A stretch of DNA of 64,000 nucleotides from Dehalococcoidia bacterium (GTDB lineage: Bacteria; Chloroflexota; Dehalococcoidia; UBA2979): positions 928,001 to 992,000 of the forward strand of contig OZ219871.1 in NCBI GenBank assembly GCA_964291495.2, read 5' to 3'. Positions 37,869 to 47,538 of the stretch are shown here, piece after piece. Under the pieces are notes generated by a model. The model worked only from the letters and a program-made list of their open reading frames with translations. It was not told the origin of the DNA and did not search any database. Made by a program: the position numbers and the translations under genes. Within the stretch, counting starts at the first letter, position 1. Each line of letters begins with the position of its first letter.

Positions 37869-39382
37869 GCCCCTTCCAGGTAGCTGCCGAACGTGAAGGC
37901 AAAGATCGCGAAGTTGTCGGAGTTCGAGGCGAGCTTGAGCTCGTGCTGCCCGAAGGCCGGCAGCTCGACGATCTCGTAGTGGCGAGACTCGGAGACGCGG
38001 ATGAGGCTCCGCTGCTCATCGTCCCAGACGATGTCCGAGCCGGCCTGCTCGCGGGTGAGCGGTTGGCCGTCGATCTCGATATAGACCTCGAACGGCTCGT
38101 CCCTGGGCGGGCTGATCACCACGTTGACGCTGCGCGCGCGGAAGATGAAAACGAAGTAGTCCTCGAGGTTCTCCGTCTCGCGCGCGTGTACCAACGCCTC
38201 GAGCTCGTTGCGCCAGAGGCCCTGCACGTACCACTTGTGGTTCTCGCGCTCCGCGGTCGGCGTGTTGTCTTCGTACAGCACCTCCCGGTTCGCACCGAGG
38301 TAGTACTCATCCTGTCCGGCGGAATGCCAATCGGTGTTGCTCGACGAGTTGCGCGTCCAACCGGCCCACATCTCACGGGTCTGGTCCCGGCGGGCCGAAT
38401 CGCGCCGCGGCTCCGGGATGCCGATCGAGATGTCGGAGACGTCGTGGCCGGCCTCGGTGAGGGCCTTGCGGATCGCGCGCTCGGTCTCCGTGTAGCGGCC
38501 TTCCCCGATGTTGGCCCAGACCACCTCGCCGGTCTTGTCGAAGAGGAACTTCGACGGCCAGAAGCGGTTGTTGAACGCTCGCCAGGTCCTCGAGTTGTTG
38601 TCCTGCGCCACCGGCCAGGCCACGTCGAGCCGCTCGATCGCCGCGGCGACGTTCTCCGCGGACTCCTCGAAGCGGAACTCGGGCCGGTGCACGCCGAGGA
38701 TCACGAGCCCTCGATCGGCGTACTTCTCGTGCCAGCTGCGCAGGTAGGGCAGCGTGCGCACGCAGTTGATGCAGCTGTACGTCCAGAAGTCGATCAGCAC
38801 GACGTTGCCGGCCTCGAGCTGCTCCTGGATCGTGAACGGCTCCGAGTTGAACCACATCCCGAGGCCCACCACCTCGTACTCCGGCACGATGCGCGGCCCT
38901 TCGGGCGTCGGCTCGGGCGTCGCGGTCGGGGTCGGCTCTGGCGTCGCCGTCGGGGTCGGCTCGGGCGTCGCGGTCGGGGTCGGTTCGGGCGTCGCCGTCG
39001 GTGTCGGCTCGGGCGTTGCCGTCGGCGTCGGCTCAGGAGTTGGCGTCGGAGTCGGCTCGGGCGTGGCCGTCGGCGTGGGCTCGGGCGTCGCGGTCGGCGT
39101 CGGCTCTGGCGTCGGGGTCGGGGTGGGCTCGGGCGTCGCGGTTGGCGTGGGCTCCGGCGTCGCGGTCGGTGTCGGCTCCGGCGTCGCAGTCGGGGGCGGC
39201 TCGGGGGTCGCAGTCGCGACCACGGCCGAGGGCGTCGCCGTGGCGGTCGGAGTCGGGGCGCCCTCGTCGGCGTCGTCGCAGCCCGCCAGCAGCAGCGCCG
39301 CCACGAGGGCCACAAGGGTCACGAGGACCGCGCGGCGAGCGGCGAGCGGGATCTGCCGGACCGGATGCGCTGTGAGCGTCAC
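37865..39382 (-). CDS. Redoxin-domain lipoprotein, DipZ C-terminal-like, with long TPEP linker
   Basis: Lipobox LLAGC; LIDFWTYSCINCVRTLP; GVH.PEF.FE; AFTFG end. Confidence 0.88.
   Translation of the reverse strand: MTLTAHPVRQIPLAARRAVLVTLVALVAALLLAGCDDADEGAPTPTATATPSAVVATATPEPPPTATPEPTPTATPEPTPTATPEPTPTPTPEPTPTATPEPTPTATPEPTPTPTPEPTPTATPEPTPTATPEPTPTATPEPTPTATPEPTPTATPEPTPEGPRIVPEYEVVGLGMWFNSEPFTIQEQLEAGNVVLIDFWTYSCINCVRTLPYLRSWHEKYADRGLVILGVHRPEFRFEESAENVAAAIERLDVAWPVAQDNNSRTWRAFNNRFWPSKFLFDKTGEVVWANIGEGRYTETERAIRKALTEAGHDVSDISIGIPEPRRDSARRDQTREMWAGWTRNSSSNTDWHSAGQDEYYLGANREVLYEDNTPTAERENHKWYVQGLWRNELEALVHARETENLEDYFVFIFRARSVNVVISPPRDEPFEVYIEIDGQPLTREQAGSDIVWDDEQRSLIRVSESRHYEIVELPAFGQHELKLASNSDNFAIFAFTFGSYLEGA
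38905..39205 (-). repeat. Intragenic 24-bp tandem repeat encoding (TPEPTPTA)n
   Basis: About 12 degenerate units with synonymous variation. Confidence 0.85.
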
Positions 39383-39486
39383 GCGACACCTCCACGAACC
39401 CCCGCGTCTCGCAGAGACGGCCCGTTAAGGATACGGCTTGCAACCCCTAGCGGCGCTCCCGCGAGCGCTGCTACGAGGGCAGGAGA

Positions 39487-39543
39487 CTACTCAGACGGCG
39501 GCCCAGAGGGGGCGACGGCGGCAAGCGCCCGGTCGAAGGTCAT
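39487..39543 (-). pseudogene. Remnant of a PIN/VapC toxin (C-terminal tail only)
   Basis: ATGA-coupled 18-aa ORF MTFDRALAAVAPSGPPSE resembling the TFD..L end of PIN domains. Confidence 0.45.
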
Positions 39544-39815
39544 GATCCGATCGCGCCTCGCCGCCGCGACTCCTCGATTACGCGCAGGTGGTCTTCCCAG
39601 TCCGGCTCGCGGTCGGGACCGGGCAGGGCGTCGCACTCCCGGAAGAACGCCGCGAGCTCCTCCGGCGACTCGAAGCGAGCGGCGCCCTCGCGTAGTTCGA
39701 GCCGGGCGCGGGCGGCCGCCCGCAACCACGCGCTGAGCGTCAATCCCTCAAGGCGCGCCTGTCGGACGAAGCGGTCCCGTTCTTCGTCCCGGATCGTGAA
39801 CTGCACTCTCGGCAT
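39540..39815 (-). CDS. Putative RHH-type antitoxin
   Basis: MPRVQFTIRDEERDRF...ARLEG.TLSAWLRAAAR; acidic C-terminal half. Confidence 0.7.
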   Translation of the reverse strand: MPRVQFTIRDEERDRFVRQARLEGLTLSAWLRAAARARLELREGAARFESPEELAAFFRECDALPGPDREPDWEDHLRVIEESRRRGAIGS

Positions 39816-39890
39816 CACCGCGCCTCTTCGGGTCACAGATGCGCTCAGAGAGAGATCGTACACGCGCTCCAGCCTCAAGCGCCGGTCCGG

Positions 39891-41081
39891 TCACGCCCCC
39901 TCGAGGTAGCTCCCGAACGTGAGCGCGAAGATCGCGAAGTTGTCCGAGTTTGAAAGCAGCTTCAGCTCGTGCTCGCCCCACGCCGGCAGCTCGACGATCG
40001 CGTAGTGGCGCGGTTCGTCGACGCGGATCAGGCTGCGCCCCTCCGCATCGAAGACCACGTCCGCGCCGGCCTCCTCCGGCCGCAGCGGCCGGCCATCGAT
40101 CTCGATGTAGACCTCGAATGGCTCGTCGCGAGGCGGGTTGAGCACCACGTTGACGCTGCGCGCGCGGAAGACGAAGGCGAAGTAGTCCTCCAGTTGTTCC
40201 GTTTCGCGCGCGTGGACGATCGCCTCGCGCTCGTTGCGCCAGAGGCCGTGGACGTACCAGCGATGGTGCATCCGCGGCTCCTCGGAGGTGTCGATGTCGG
40301 TGTAGAGCCGCTCCTCGTCGGGGCCGTCGTAGTACTGAACCTGGGCGGCATAGATGCCCACGCGGGTGTAGTTGCGGGCGTAGCCGCCGTAGAGCTCGCG
40401 GGTCTGGTCGCGCGCCTCGGGGTCGCGCTCCGGCTCGGGCTCCGGCAGGCCGGGGCTGATGCCGGTCACGTCGTGGCCGGCCGCGATCAGGGCGGCGCGG
40501 ATGATGCGCTCGGTCTCCTCGTACTCGCCCTCGCCGAAGTGGCGGTAGAGGATCTCGCCACGGGCGCCGAACAGATACTTGGCCGGCCAGTAGCGATTCT
40601 CGAACTCGCGCCAGGTCGCGAAGGCGTTGTCCTGCGCCACCGGCCAGGAGACACCCAGCCGCTCGATCGCCTCGGCGACGTTCTCCGCGTCGTACTCGAA
40701 GTCGAACTCCGGGGTGTGCACGCCGAGGATCACGAGCCCCCGCTCGGCGTACTTCTCGTGCCAGTCGCGCAGGTACGGCAGCGTGCGCACGCAGTTGATG
40801 CACGTGTAGGTCCAGAAGTCGATGAGCACGACGTTGCCGGCCTCGAGCTGCTCCGCGATCGTGAACGGCTCCGAGTTGAACCACGTGCCGAGGCCCGTGA
40901 GCTCGTGGTCCGGCACCACGGTCGGCCGGGGGGTTGGCTCTGCCGTGCGCGGGGTGGTGGACTCGGCGCCGGGTTGGGCGGCATCGCCAGCGTCGTCGGA
41001 GCCGGCGCACGCGGCGGCAGCGAGCAGCAGCACGAGCAGCGCGAGGCCGGCGAGGAGGCGGCTGCGCGGGGCGGAGCGCAC
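39891..41081 (-). CDS. Redoxin-domain lipoprotein, DipZ C-terminal-like (paralog 2)
   Basis: Lipobox AAAAC; DFWTYTCINCVRTLP; C-terminus ends TFGSYLEGA as in the paralog. Confidence 0.88.
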   Translation of the reverse strand: MRSAPRSRLLAGLALLVLLLAAAACAGSDDAGDAAQPGAESTTPRTAEPTPRPTVVPDHELTGLGTWFNSEPFTIAEQLEAGNVVLIDFWTYTCINCVRTLPYLRDWHEKYAERGLVILGVHTPEFDFEYDAENVAEAIERLGVSWPVAQDNAFATWREFENRYWPAKYLFGARGEILYRHFGEGEYEETERIIRAALIAAGHDVTGISPGLPEPEPERDPEARDQTRELYGGYARNYTRVGIYAAQVQYYDGPDEERLYTDIDTSEEPRMHHRWYVHGLWRNEREAIVHARETEQLEDYFAFVFRARSVNVVLNPPRDEPFEVYIEIDGRPLRPEEAGADVVFDAEGRSLIRVDEPRHYAIVELPAWGEHELKLLSNSDNFAIFALTFGSYLEGA

Positions 41082-41096
41082 GACGCCCTCGAGGCG

Positions 41097-41306
41097 CTAG
41101 CGGGCGATGGGGCGGCGGTCGCGGACCTGGTAGGGCAGGAACTCGGCGTGGCAGCGGTGGCAGACGAAGCCCATCGCCTTCGAGTCGTCGTCCATCACCT
41201 CGGGGCCGCGCCAGCGCGGGGTGAGATTCTCGCAAGCGCAGTCCGCCGGGTCGGGGACGTTGCCGGACGGCTCGGGTGTCTTCAAGAGCCTGCCGAGGCC
41301 TGCCAT
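41097..41306 (-). CDS. Small Cys-rich (Zn-ribbon-like) protein
   Basis: SD GGAGG; CxC...CHRC; stop lies 15 nt before the redoxin start. Confidence 0.55.
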   Translation of the reverse strand: MAGLGRLLKTPEPSGNVPDPADCACENLTPRWRGPEVMDDDSKAMGFVCHRCHAEFLPYQVRDRRPIAR

Positions 41307-41388
41307 CGCCTGCACCTCCCGCTCGCCCGTCCAGCCTAGCCCGCGCGTCCGCTGGACGCGACCGGGGGGCGCGGGCCGAGATGCACTG

Positions 41389-41814
41389 TCACGCAATCGC
41401 GTCGCCCGCGCTGGCGAATGGGTTGAGCACGGGGACGCCCGTTGGTTCGAAGTGCCTCGTGTTGCGCGTGACCATGGTCAGTCCGTGTTCCAGGGCAGTC
41501 GCCGCGATCATCAGGTCCGGGCCGTCGTGGCCGAGGTCGGCCGAGAGCCGTCCCCAGCGGCGCGCGGTGGCGGTATCGACTGCCAGCACCCTGTCCCCGT
41601 ACCAGGTCACGATCCGGTCCAGCCAGTCCGCCAGATCCTCCGCGAAGTCCGGGTCGCGCCTCCGCTGCCGGGCGATCCCGCGCTCGATCTCGCCCACGGT
41701 CACCACACTCAGGTGCAGATCAGCGGTCCGTTGCGCCTCCAGCCAGCGGCTCGCAGCCGGGTGCCGCTCCTGACGTCGCAACGCCGAGAGTACGTCCGTG
41801 TCCAGCAAGAACAT
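41389..41814 (-). CDS. vapC: VapC PIN-domain toxin
   Basis: MFLLDTDVLS, LSVVTVGEI..G, DLMIAATALEHGLT.VTRN.RHF. Confidence 0.92.
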   Translation of the reverse strand: MFLLDTDVLSALRRQERHPAASRWLEAQRTADLHLSVVTVGEIERGIARQRRRDPDFAEDLADWLDRIVTWYGDRVLAVDTATARRWGRLSADLGHDGPDLMIAATALEHGLTMVTRNTRHFEPTGVPVLNPFASAGDAIA

Positions 41815-41818
41815 CACG

Positions 41819-42073
41819 TCACAGCTCGAGTGGACGGGCCGGCCAGGGCAGGCGCTCGAACTCCCCATCGTCCTGCGGGATCTCAAGCAGCAACCGGGCG
41901 AACGTCGGCGCGGCCGCGTTGTCGAGCATGCGGAGGCGCTCGTACTCGTCTACGGCCAGCACCACCACGGCCGGGTTACCCCGGCGCGTCACCCGCTGGG
42001 GCTCGCCCGACATCGCGGCGTCTACGACGGCACTGAAGCGATTCTTGGCGTCTTGCAGCTGCCACACGGCCAT
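41819..42073 (-). CDS. Phd/YefM family antitoxin
   Basis: WQLQDAKNRFS.VV..A..GEPQ.VTRRG....VV...EYE. Confidence 0.92.
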   Translation of the reverse strand: MAVWQLQDAKNRFSAVVDAAMSGEPQRVTRRGNPAVVVLAVDEYERLRMLDNAAAPTFARLLLEIPQDDGEFERLPWPARPLEL

Positions 42074-42085
42074 GGTGACCTTCTG

Positions 42086-42132
42086 TCTAGACAGTCTGGC
42101 TAGATTGTAAGGGCCGCGTCGCATCCTGCCAA
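42086..42132 (-). promoter_or_regulatory. TA promoter with operator palindrome
   Basis: TTGGCA-17 nt-TACAAT on the minus strand; imperfect palindrome TCTAGCCAGACTGTCTAGA (42086-42104) immediately downstream. Confidence 0.7.
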
Positions 42133-42143
42133 GCCACGGACGC

Positions 42144-43430
42144 CTAGCCCGCCCGCCGCTGCGCCAGCCCAGCCTCGATGCGCCGCTCAGGACGCCCGAG
42201 GAGCACGGTGGCGATCGAGATCAGCGGGAGCGCGGCCATCACCAGCACGCCCACGTCGTAGCTGCCGGTCAGGTCGCGGAACAGCGCGAGCGGCAGCGGA
42301 CCGACCGCCGCGCCGGTGATGCCCGCCATCATCGCCGCGCCCTGCACCCGGCCCAGCCCGAAGCGCCCGTAGTAGTGCGCCCAGATCACGCCCTGCACGA
42401 TGCGCTGCGATCCGCCGGTGACGCCCATCGCGGCCACGTACAACACCGCCATCCAGACCGAGGTCACCACCAGCGCCAGCAGGCAGACCGTGAACAGCGC
42501 GCACATCGAGAACACGAACAGCCGCAGCGGACCGGTCCGCTCCACCACGAACCCGACCACCATCGAGGTCGCCGCCGAGGAGACCGCGAAGACCACGAAC
42601 ACCGCCGCCGCGAGCGTCGCGCTCAGCCCGTGCTGCTCGAAGATCGAGGTCTGGTGGAAGACCAGCGCCGTCACCACCAGACCCGGCGTCGCCAGCGGGG
42701 CGGCCAGCATCCAGAACGCCAGCGATCGCATGACCGGCCTCGCGGCGGCCGCCGCCGGGCTGAACGCCGGGGTCTGCTCGATCAGCGGCGGGTGATCGGC
42801 GCCGTCGGGGAACAGGCCGACGTCCTCAGGGCGGTTGCGAATGAGGAAGACGGCGGCGGGGATGATCAGCAGCAGCACCAGCACACCGAGCAGCGCATAC
42901 GCCTCGCGCCAGCCGTAGGCGTCGATCAGGAAGCGGCTGAGCGGCGGCAGCACGGCGTTGGAGAGCGGGAAGCCCAGGCCCATCAGCGCGATCGCGCGGC
43001 CTCGGCGCGTCACGAACCACTGGTTCACGAGCAGCGTCGCGTTGATCGCGAGCGAGCCCTGGCCGAGCGCCCTCAGACCGGCGAACGAGAGGTAGAACGC
43101 GGCGAGGCCGACCGAGAACGCCATCCCGAAACAGGCCGCGCCGAAGGCGACGCCCACGAGGATCAGGTTCAGGCGCGCGCCCCAGCGGTCCGCCAGCCGG
43201 CTCACCAGCACCACCATCAGCGCGCTCAGCCCCGTGCTGACCGCGTACAGCGCCGAGATCGTCGAACGCGAGAACCCGGTGTCCTCGATCATCGAGTCGA
43301 CGAAGATCGAGAAGACGAACGACTGCCCCGGCCCGGTGCTGAACACGACCATCGCGCAGGTGACGACGATCACCCAGCCGTAGAAGAAGCGGCGGGGCCC
43401 GATGACCTGCGGCGTCGCGTCTTCCGGCAC
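42144..43430 (-). CDS. MFS transporter
   Basis: FFYGWVIV, GPGQSF.FSIF, RLADRWGAR motif A, WF..RRGRA; 12 TM segments. Confidence 0.92.
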   Translation of the reverse strand: MPEDATPQVIGPRRFFYGWVIVVTCAMVVFSTGPGQSFVFSIFVDSMIEDTGFSRSTISALYAVSTGLSALMVVLVSRLADRWGARLNLILVGVAFGAACFGMAFSVGLAAFYLSFAGLRALGQGSLAINATLLVNQWFVTRRGRAIALMGLGFPLSNAVLPPLSRFLIDAYGWREAYALLGVLVLLLIIPAAVFLIRNRPEDVGLFPDGADHPPLIEQTPAFSPAAAAARPVMRSLAFWMLAAPLATPGLVVTALVFHQTSIFEQHGLSATLAAAVFVVFAVSSAATSMVVGFVVERTGPLRLFVFSMCALFTVCLLALVVTSVWMAVLYVAAMGVTGGSQRIVQGVIWAHYYGRFGLGRVQGAAMMAGITGAAVGPLPLALFRDLTGSYDVGVLVMAALPLISIATVLLGRPERRIEAGLAQRRAG

Positions 43431-43598
43431 GCAGCCTCATCCCGTCCGTGGTCGCGAGGAAGCGCCGAGCCTACCGGCGCCGCTCGCGAGGGGCGAACCG
43501 CACGCCGCATCAGTGCCCCTGGGCTGGCCTGCAAAGACAAGACATATTGTGGGTCGCCACTGCCTGTGCGGAGGCGTAGAATCACGAAAGTGACATCC

Positions 43599-45496
43599 AT
43601 GCCGCAGACCGAAACGCGGCTGGCCGGACGCCTTTCCGGTCCCCGCATGCCCGTATTGCTCCGGCTTGTCGGGCGCTCGCTGCCTTACAAGGGCGCGATC
43701 GCGATGTCCTTCGTCGTACTGATCATGGCCGCCGCCCTCGACGTCGCCGCGCCCGCCCTCGTCGGCGTCGCCATCAACTACGGGCTCGACATCGCGACCG
43801 AGCGCGGGGCCGGGGGCATCGAGCAGACGGTCGCGCGAGGCACGATCGCAACGCTGCTCCTTGCGGTGGGCGCGCTGCTGCTGGCGGGCGTCGGCCGCGG
43901 GCTCTTCAAGTACGGCCAGGCATACCTCGGCGAGCGCATCTCGCAGGACATCGCCTACGACTTCCGCAACGACATCTACGACCGCCTGCAGCGGCTCAGC
44001 TACGCCTACCACGACCAGGCGCAGATCGGGCAGATCATGTCGCGCGCCACCGGCGACGTTGAGGGTGTGCGCATGTTCGTGAGCATGGGCGTGCTGCGCT
44101 TCCTCTACGTGATCGTGCTGTGCGCGGCCGTCTACGCGCTGATGATCACCACCAACGCCAAGGTCGGCCTCGCGGCGCTGGTCTTCACGCCGATCATCGC
44201 CATCCAGGGCACCTGGACGTCCGCCAAGCTGCGGTCGGTCTGGCTCTACGTGCAGGACTTGCAGGGTCAGATGGCCAACGTGCTGCAGGAGAACCTCACC
44301 GGCCAGCGCGTGGTCAAGGCCTTCTCGCGCACCGAGCACGAGCAACAGAAGTTCGACGCCAAGGTCGACGAGCTCTTCAAGCACTCGTACTCGACCAGCA
44401 AGTTCCAGGCCTTCAACGAGCCATTCCTGCAGTCACTCTGGCTGCTCTCGCTGGCCGTCGTGTTCTGGCTGGGCGTGACCGAGGTGCAGGCGGGGAACAT
44501 GAACACCGGCCAGCTCGCGTCGTTCCTGCTCTGGCTGACCTTGCTGCAGGTGCCGGTCCGCTCGATCGGCTGGATCATCATGATGTTCGCGCGCGCCCAC
44601 TCCACGGGCAGCCGCATCTTCGAGATCCTCGACGCGGAGTCTCCAGTCCAGGAGAACCCCGGCGCGTCCCCATCGAGGTCGAGCGCGGCGACGTGCGTTT
44701 CGAGGGCGTCAGCTTCCAGTACGACGCGGCCTCGCCCGTCCTGCGCGACATCTCGATCGCGGCCAGCCCCGGCGAGACGATCGCCCTGCTCGGGCGCACC
44801 GGCTCCGGCAAGTCCACCGTCGTCAACCTGCTGCCGCGCTTCTACGACGTGAGCGAGGGCCGGATCGCGATCGACGATCAGGATGTCCGCGAGGTGACCC
44901 TCGAGTCCCTGCGCGACGCGATCGGCATCGTGCAGCAGGATCTCTTCCTCTTCATCGGCACCATTCGCGACAACATCCGCTACGGCCAGCTCGACGCCAC
45001 CGACGAGGAGGTGATCGAGGCGGCGAAGGCCGCACGCATCCACGAGTTCATCGAGGAGATGCCGGAGGGCTACGACACCTGGGTCGGCGAGCGCGGCGTC
45101 ACCCTCTCCGGCGGACAGCGCCAGCGCATCTCGATCGCACGCACACTGCTGCGCGACCCGCGCGTGCTGATCCTCGACGACTCGACGGCGTCCGTGGACA
45201 TGCGCACGGAGTACGAGATCCACGGGGCGCTGGATGCGCTGATGGAGAACCGCACGACGTTCGTGATCGCGCAGCGCCTGCGCACCGTGAAGGAGGCCGA
45301 CCAGATCCTCGTCCTCGAGGACGGCGTAATCGTGGAGCGCGGCCGCCATGACGAGCTGCTCGAGCGCGACGGTTTCTACCGCCAGATCTACGACCTCGAG
45401 CTGCGCGACCAGGAGGAAGCCCAGGCCGCCTTGGAGCAGCAGCCCAGCGCCGCGGAGGCTCACGAGCCCGCGCCGGCGGCCGGAGGAGGCAGCTAG
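43599..45496 (+). pseudogene. ABC exporter half-transporter (TMD+NBD) split by a frameshift at ~44666; pseudogene or sequencing error
   Basis: TMD in one frame to ...QENPGA; NBD (GRTGSGKST, LSGGQRQR, ILDDS, AQRL) in another frame from VPIEVERGDVRF. Confidence 0.85.
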
Positions 45497-47421
45497 TGGC
45501 CTACTGGGGCGGCGGTCAGGCAGGCGGCTGGAGCGGCGACATGCGCGGCGTCCGCCAGGGCCGCGCCGTCGACGGCTGGGACTACGACGAGCTGGGCCGC
45601 GTCTACGACCCCGTACTGGTGCGGCGCATCGTGCCGATGCTCGGGCCCTACAAGGTGCAGGCGATCATCGCGGTGATCGCGATGGCGGTCTTCGCGATCG
45701 CCTCCTACGCACAGCCCTACGTGATGGCCGCCGCGACCGAGTCGATCGTCGACAAGCTGCGCTCCAACGACCCGGCCGTGGTCGCACAGGTGGACAACGA
45801 GATCGTCGAGTTCGGCGTGCTGCTCGTCGCGCTCGCCGCCGTCTCGTTCGTCTCCGCCGCGGTGCAACGGCTGATGACGGGCTACGTCGGGCACCGCATT
45901 CTGCGCGACATGCGCAGCAGCATGTTCGCGCACCTCAACCGGCTCTCGCTGAGCTTCTACGACCGCGAAGAGGTCGGGCGCATCATGTCGCGCGTCACCT
46001 CGGATGTGGTGACGCTGCAGGAGCTGATCACCACCGGCTTCCTTAATATCCTCGCGGACGCAGTCGGGCTGGCGCTGATCGTCGGCTTCCTGTTCTGGCT
46101 GGATCCGCTGCTCGCGGTGGTGGCGCTGTCCGTGATCCCGTTGCTGCTCATCTTCATGGCCTGGTGGCAGACGCCCGCCGCGCGCGCCTTCATCCGCGTG
46201 CGACAGGCGATCTCGATCGTCAACGGCGCGATCAACGAGAACGTCTCCGGTGTTCGCATCGTCCAGTCCCTCAACCGCGAAGAGGAGAACCTCAAGCGCT
46301 TCGAGCTGCTCAACCGCCGCCACCGCGACTCCAACATGCAGGCCGTGCGGCTGCAGGCCAGCGTCATCCCCACGGTCGAGGTGCTCGCTACCGCCGCCAC
46401 AGGCATGGTGCTGATCGTGATCGGCATCCGCGTCTTCAACGGCAGCCTCGGCGCCGGCGAGGCGCTCGGCTTCACGGTCGGTTTCCTGCTCTACATCCAG
46501 CGCTTCTTCAACCCCGTCCGCGACATCGTCCTGCAGTACACGATGCTCCAGCGCGCCATGGCCGGCGCCCACCGCATCTTCGAGGTGCTCGACACCGAGC
46601 CGGAGATCGTCGACCCGCCGGACGCCCTCTCCCTCCCCGATGTCGAGGGCCGCATCGACTTCAACAACGTCGACTTCAGCTACGTCAGGGACGTCCCCGT
46701 GCTGCGTGGCTTCGACCTGCAGATCGCGGCCGGCGAGACCGTCGCCTTCGTCGGCCACACCGGAGCGGGCAAGACGACGGTGACCGCCCTGGTCAACCGC
46801 TCCTACGATATCCAGGACGGCGAGATCCTGATCGACGGGCACGACCTGCGCACAATCGAGCGCGCCTCGCTGACGCGGCGCATGAGCGTGGTGCTGCAGG
46901 AGCCCTACCTCTTCTCCGGCACGATCGGCGACAACATCCGCTACGGCCGCCTCGACGCGACCGACGCGGAGATCGAGGAGGCCGCCCGCGCGGTGGGCGC
47001 CAGCGAGTTCATCGAGCGCCTGCCCGAGCGGTACGAGACCGAGCTGCACGAGCGCGGCCTCAACCTCTCGGTCGGGCAGCGCCAGCTGATCGCCTTCGCG
47101 CGCGCCGTCGTGGCGGAGCCGCGCATCCTGATCCTCGACGAGGCGACCGCGAACATCGACACGCACTCGGAGCGGCTGATCCAGCAGGCGCTGCGCACGA
47201 TCCTGCGCGACCGCACCTCGCTCGTGATCGCCCACCGGCTCTCGACGATCCGCAGCGCCGACCGCATCGTCGTGATGCGCGACGGCGAGATCGTCGAGAT
47301 CGGCCCACACGAGGAACTCATGGCCCTCGACGGCGTGTATGCCGACCTCTATCGCATGACCTACCAGCGCTCCGAGGATGGCGGCGCACCCGTTGAGGAG
47401 GGCGCCGGGGCCGGGGCCTAG
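45496..47421 (+). CDS. ABC exporter half-transporter (partner subunit)
   Basis: GHTGAGKTT, LSVGQRQ, ILDEAT, IAHRLST. Confidence 0.93.
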   Translation: MAYWGGGQAGGWSGDMRGVRQGRAVDGWDYDELGRVYDPVLVRRIVPMLGPYKVQAIIAVIAMAVFAIASYAQPYVMAAATESIVDKLRSNDPAVVAQVDNEIVEFGVLLVALAAVSFVSAAVQRLMTGYVGHRILRDMRSSMFAHLNRLSLSFYDREEVGRIMSRVTSDVVTLQELITTGFLNILADAVGLALIVGFLFWLDPLLAVVALSVIPLLLIFMAWWQTPAARAFIRVRQAISIVNGAINENVSGVRIVQSLNREEENLKRFELLNRRHRDSNMQAVRLQASVIPTVEVLATAATGMVLIVIGIRVFNGSLGAGEALGFTVGFLLYIQRFFNPVRDIVLQYTMLQRAMAGAHRIFEVLDTEPEIVDPPDALSLPDVEGRIDFNNVDFSYVRDVPVLRGFDLQIAAGETVAFVGHTGAGKTTVTALVNRSYDIQDGEILIDGHDLRTIERASLTRRMSVVLQEPYLFSGTIGDNIRYGRLDATDAEIEEAARAVGASEFIERLPERYETELHERGLNLSVGQRQLIAFARAVVAEPRILILDEATANIDTHSERLIQQALRTILRDRTSLVIAHRLSTIRSADRIVVMRDGEIVEIGPHEELMALDGVYADLYRMTYQRSEDGGAPVEEGAGAGA

Positions 47422-47538
47422 CGCGCTTCACCTTCTCCCTACTATTATGAGACTCCGTACCGTTCGCACCGTACGGCATGCAGCGTCTACAATGCCGCCG
47501 CAGCCGGACCGAACGCGGGGTTCGCAGGAGGCTGACGC

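Noticed and set aside
44655-44675. Programmed ribosomal frameshift
   Set aside because: No slippery sequence or obvious stimulator; a simple indel is more parsimonious
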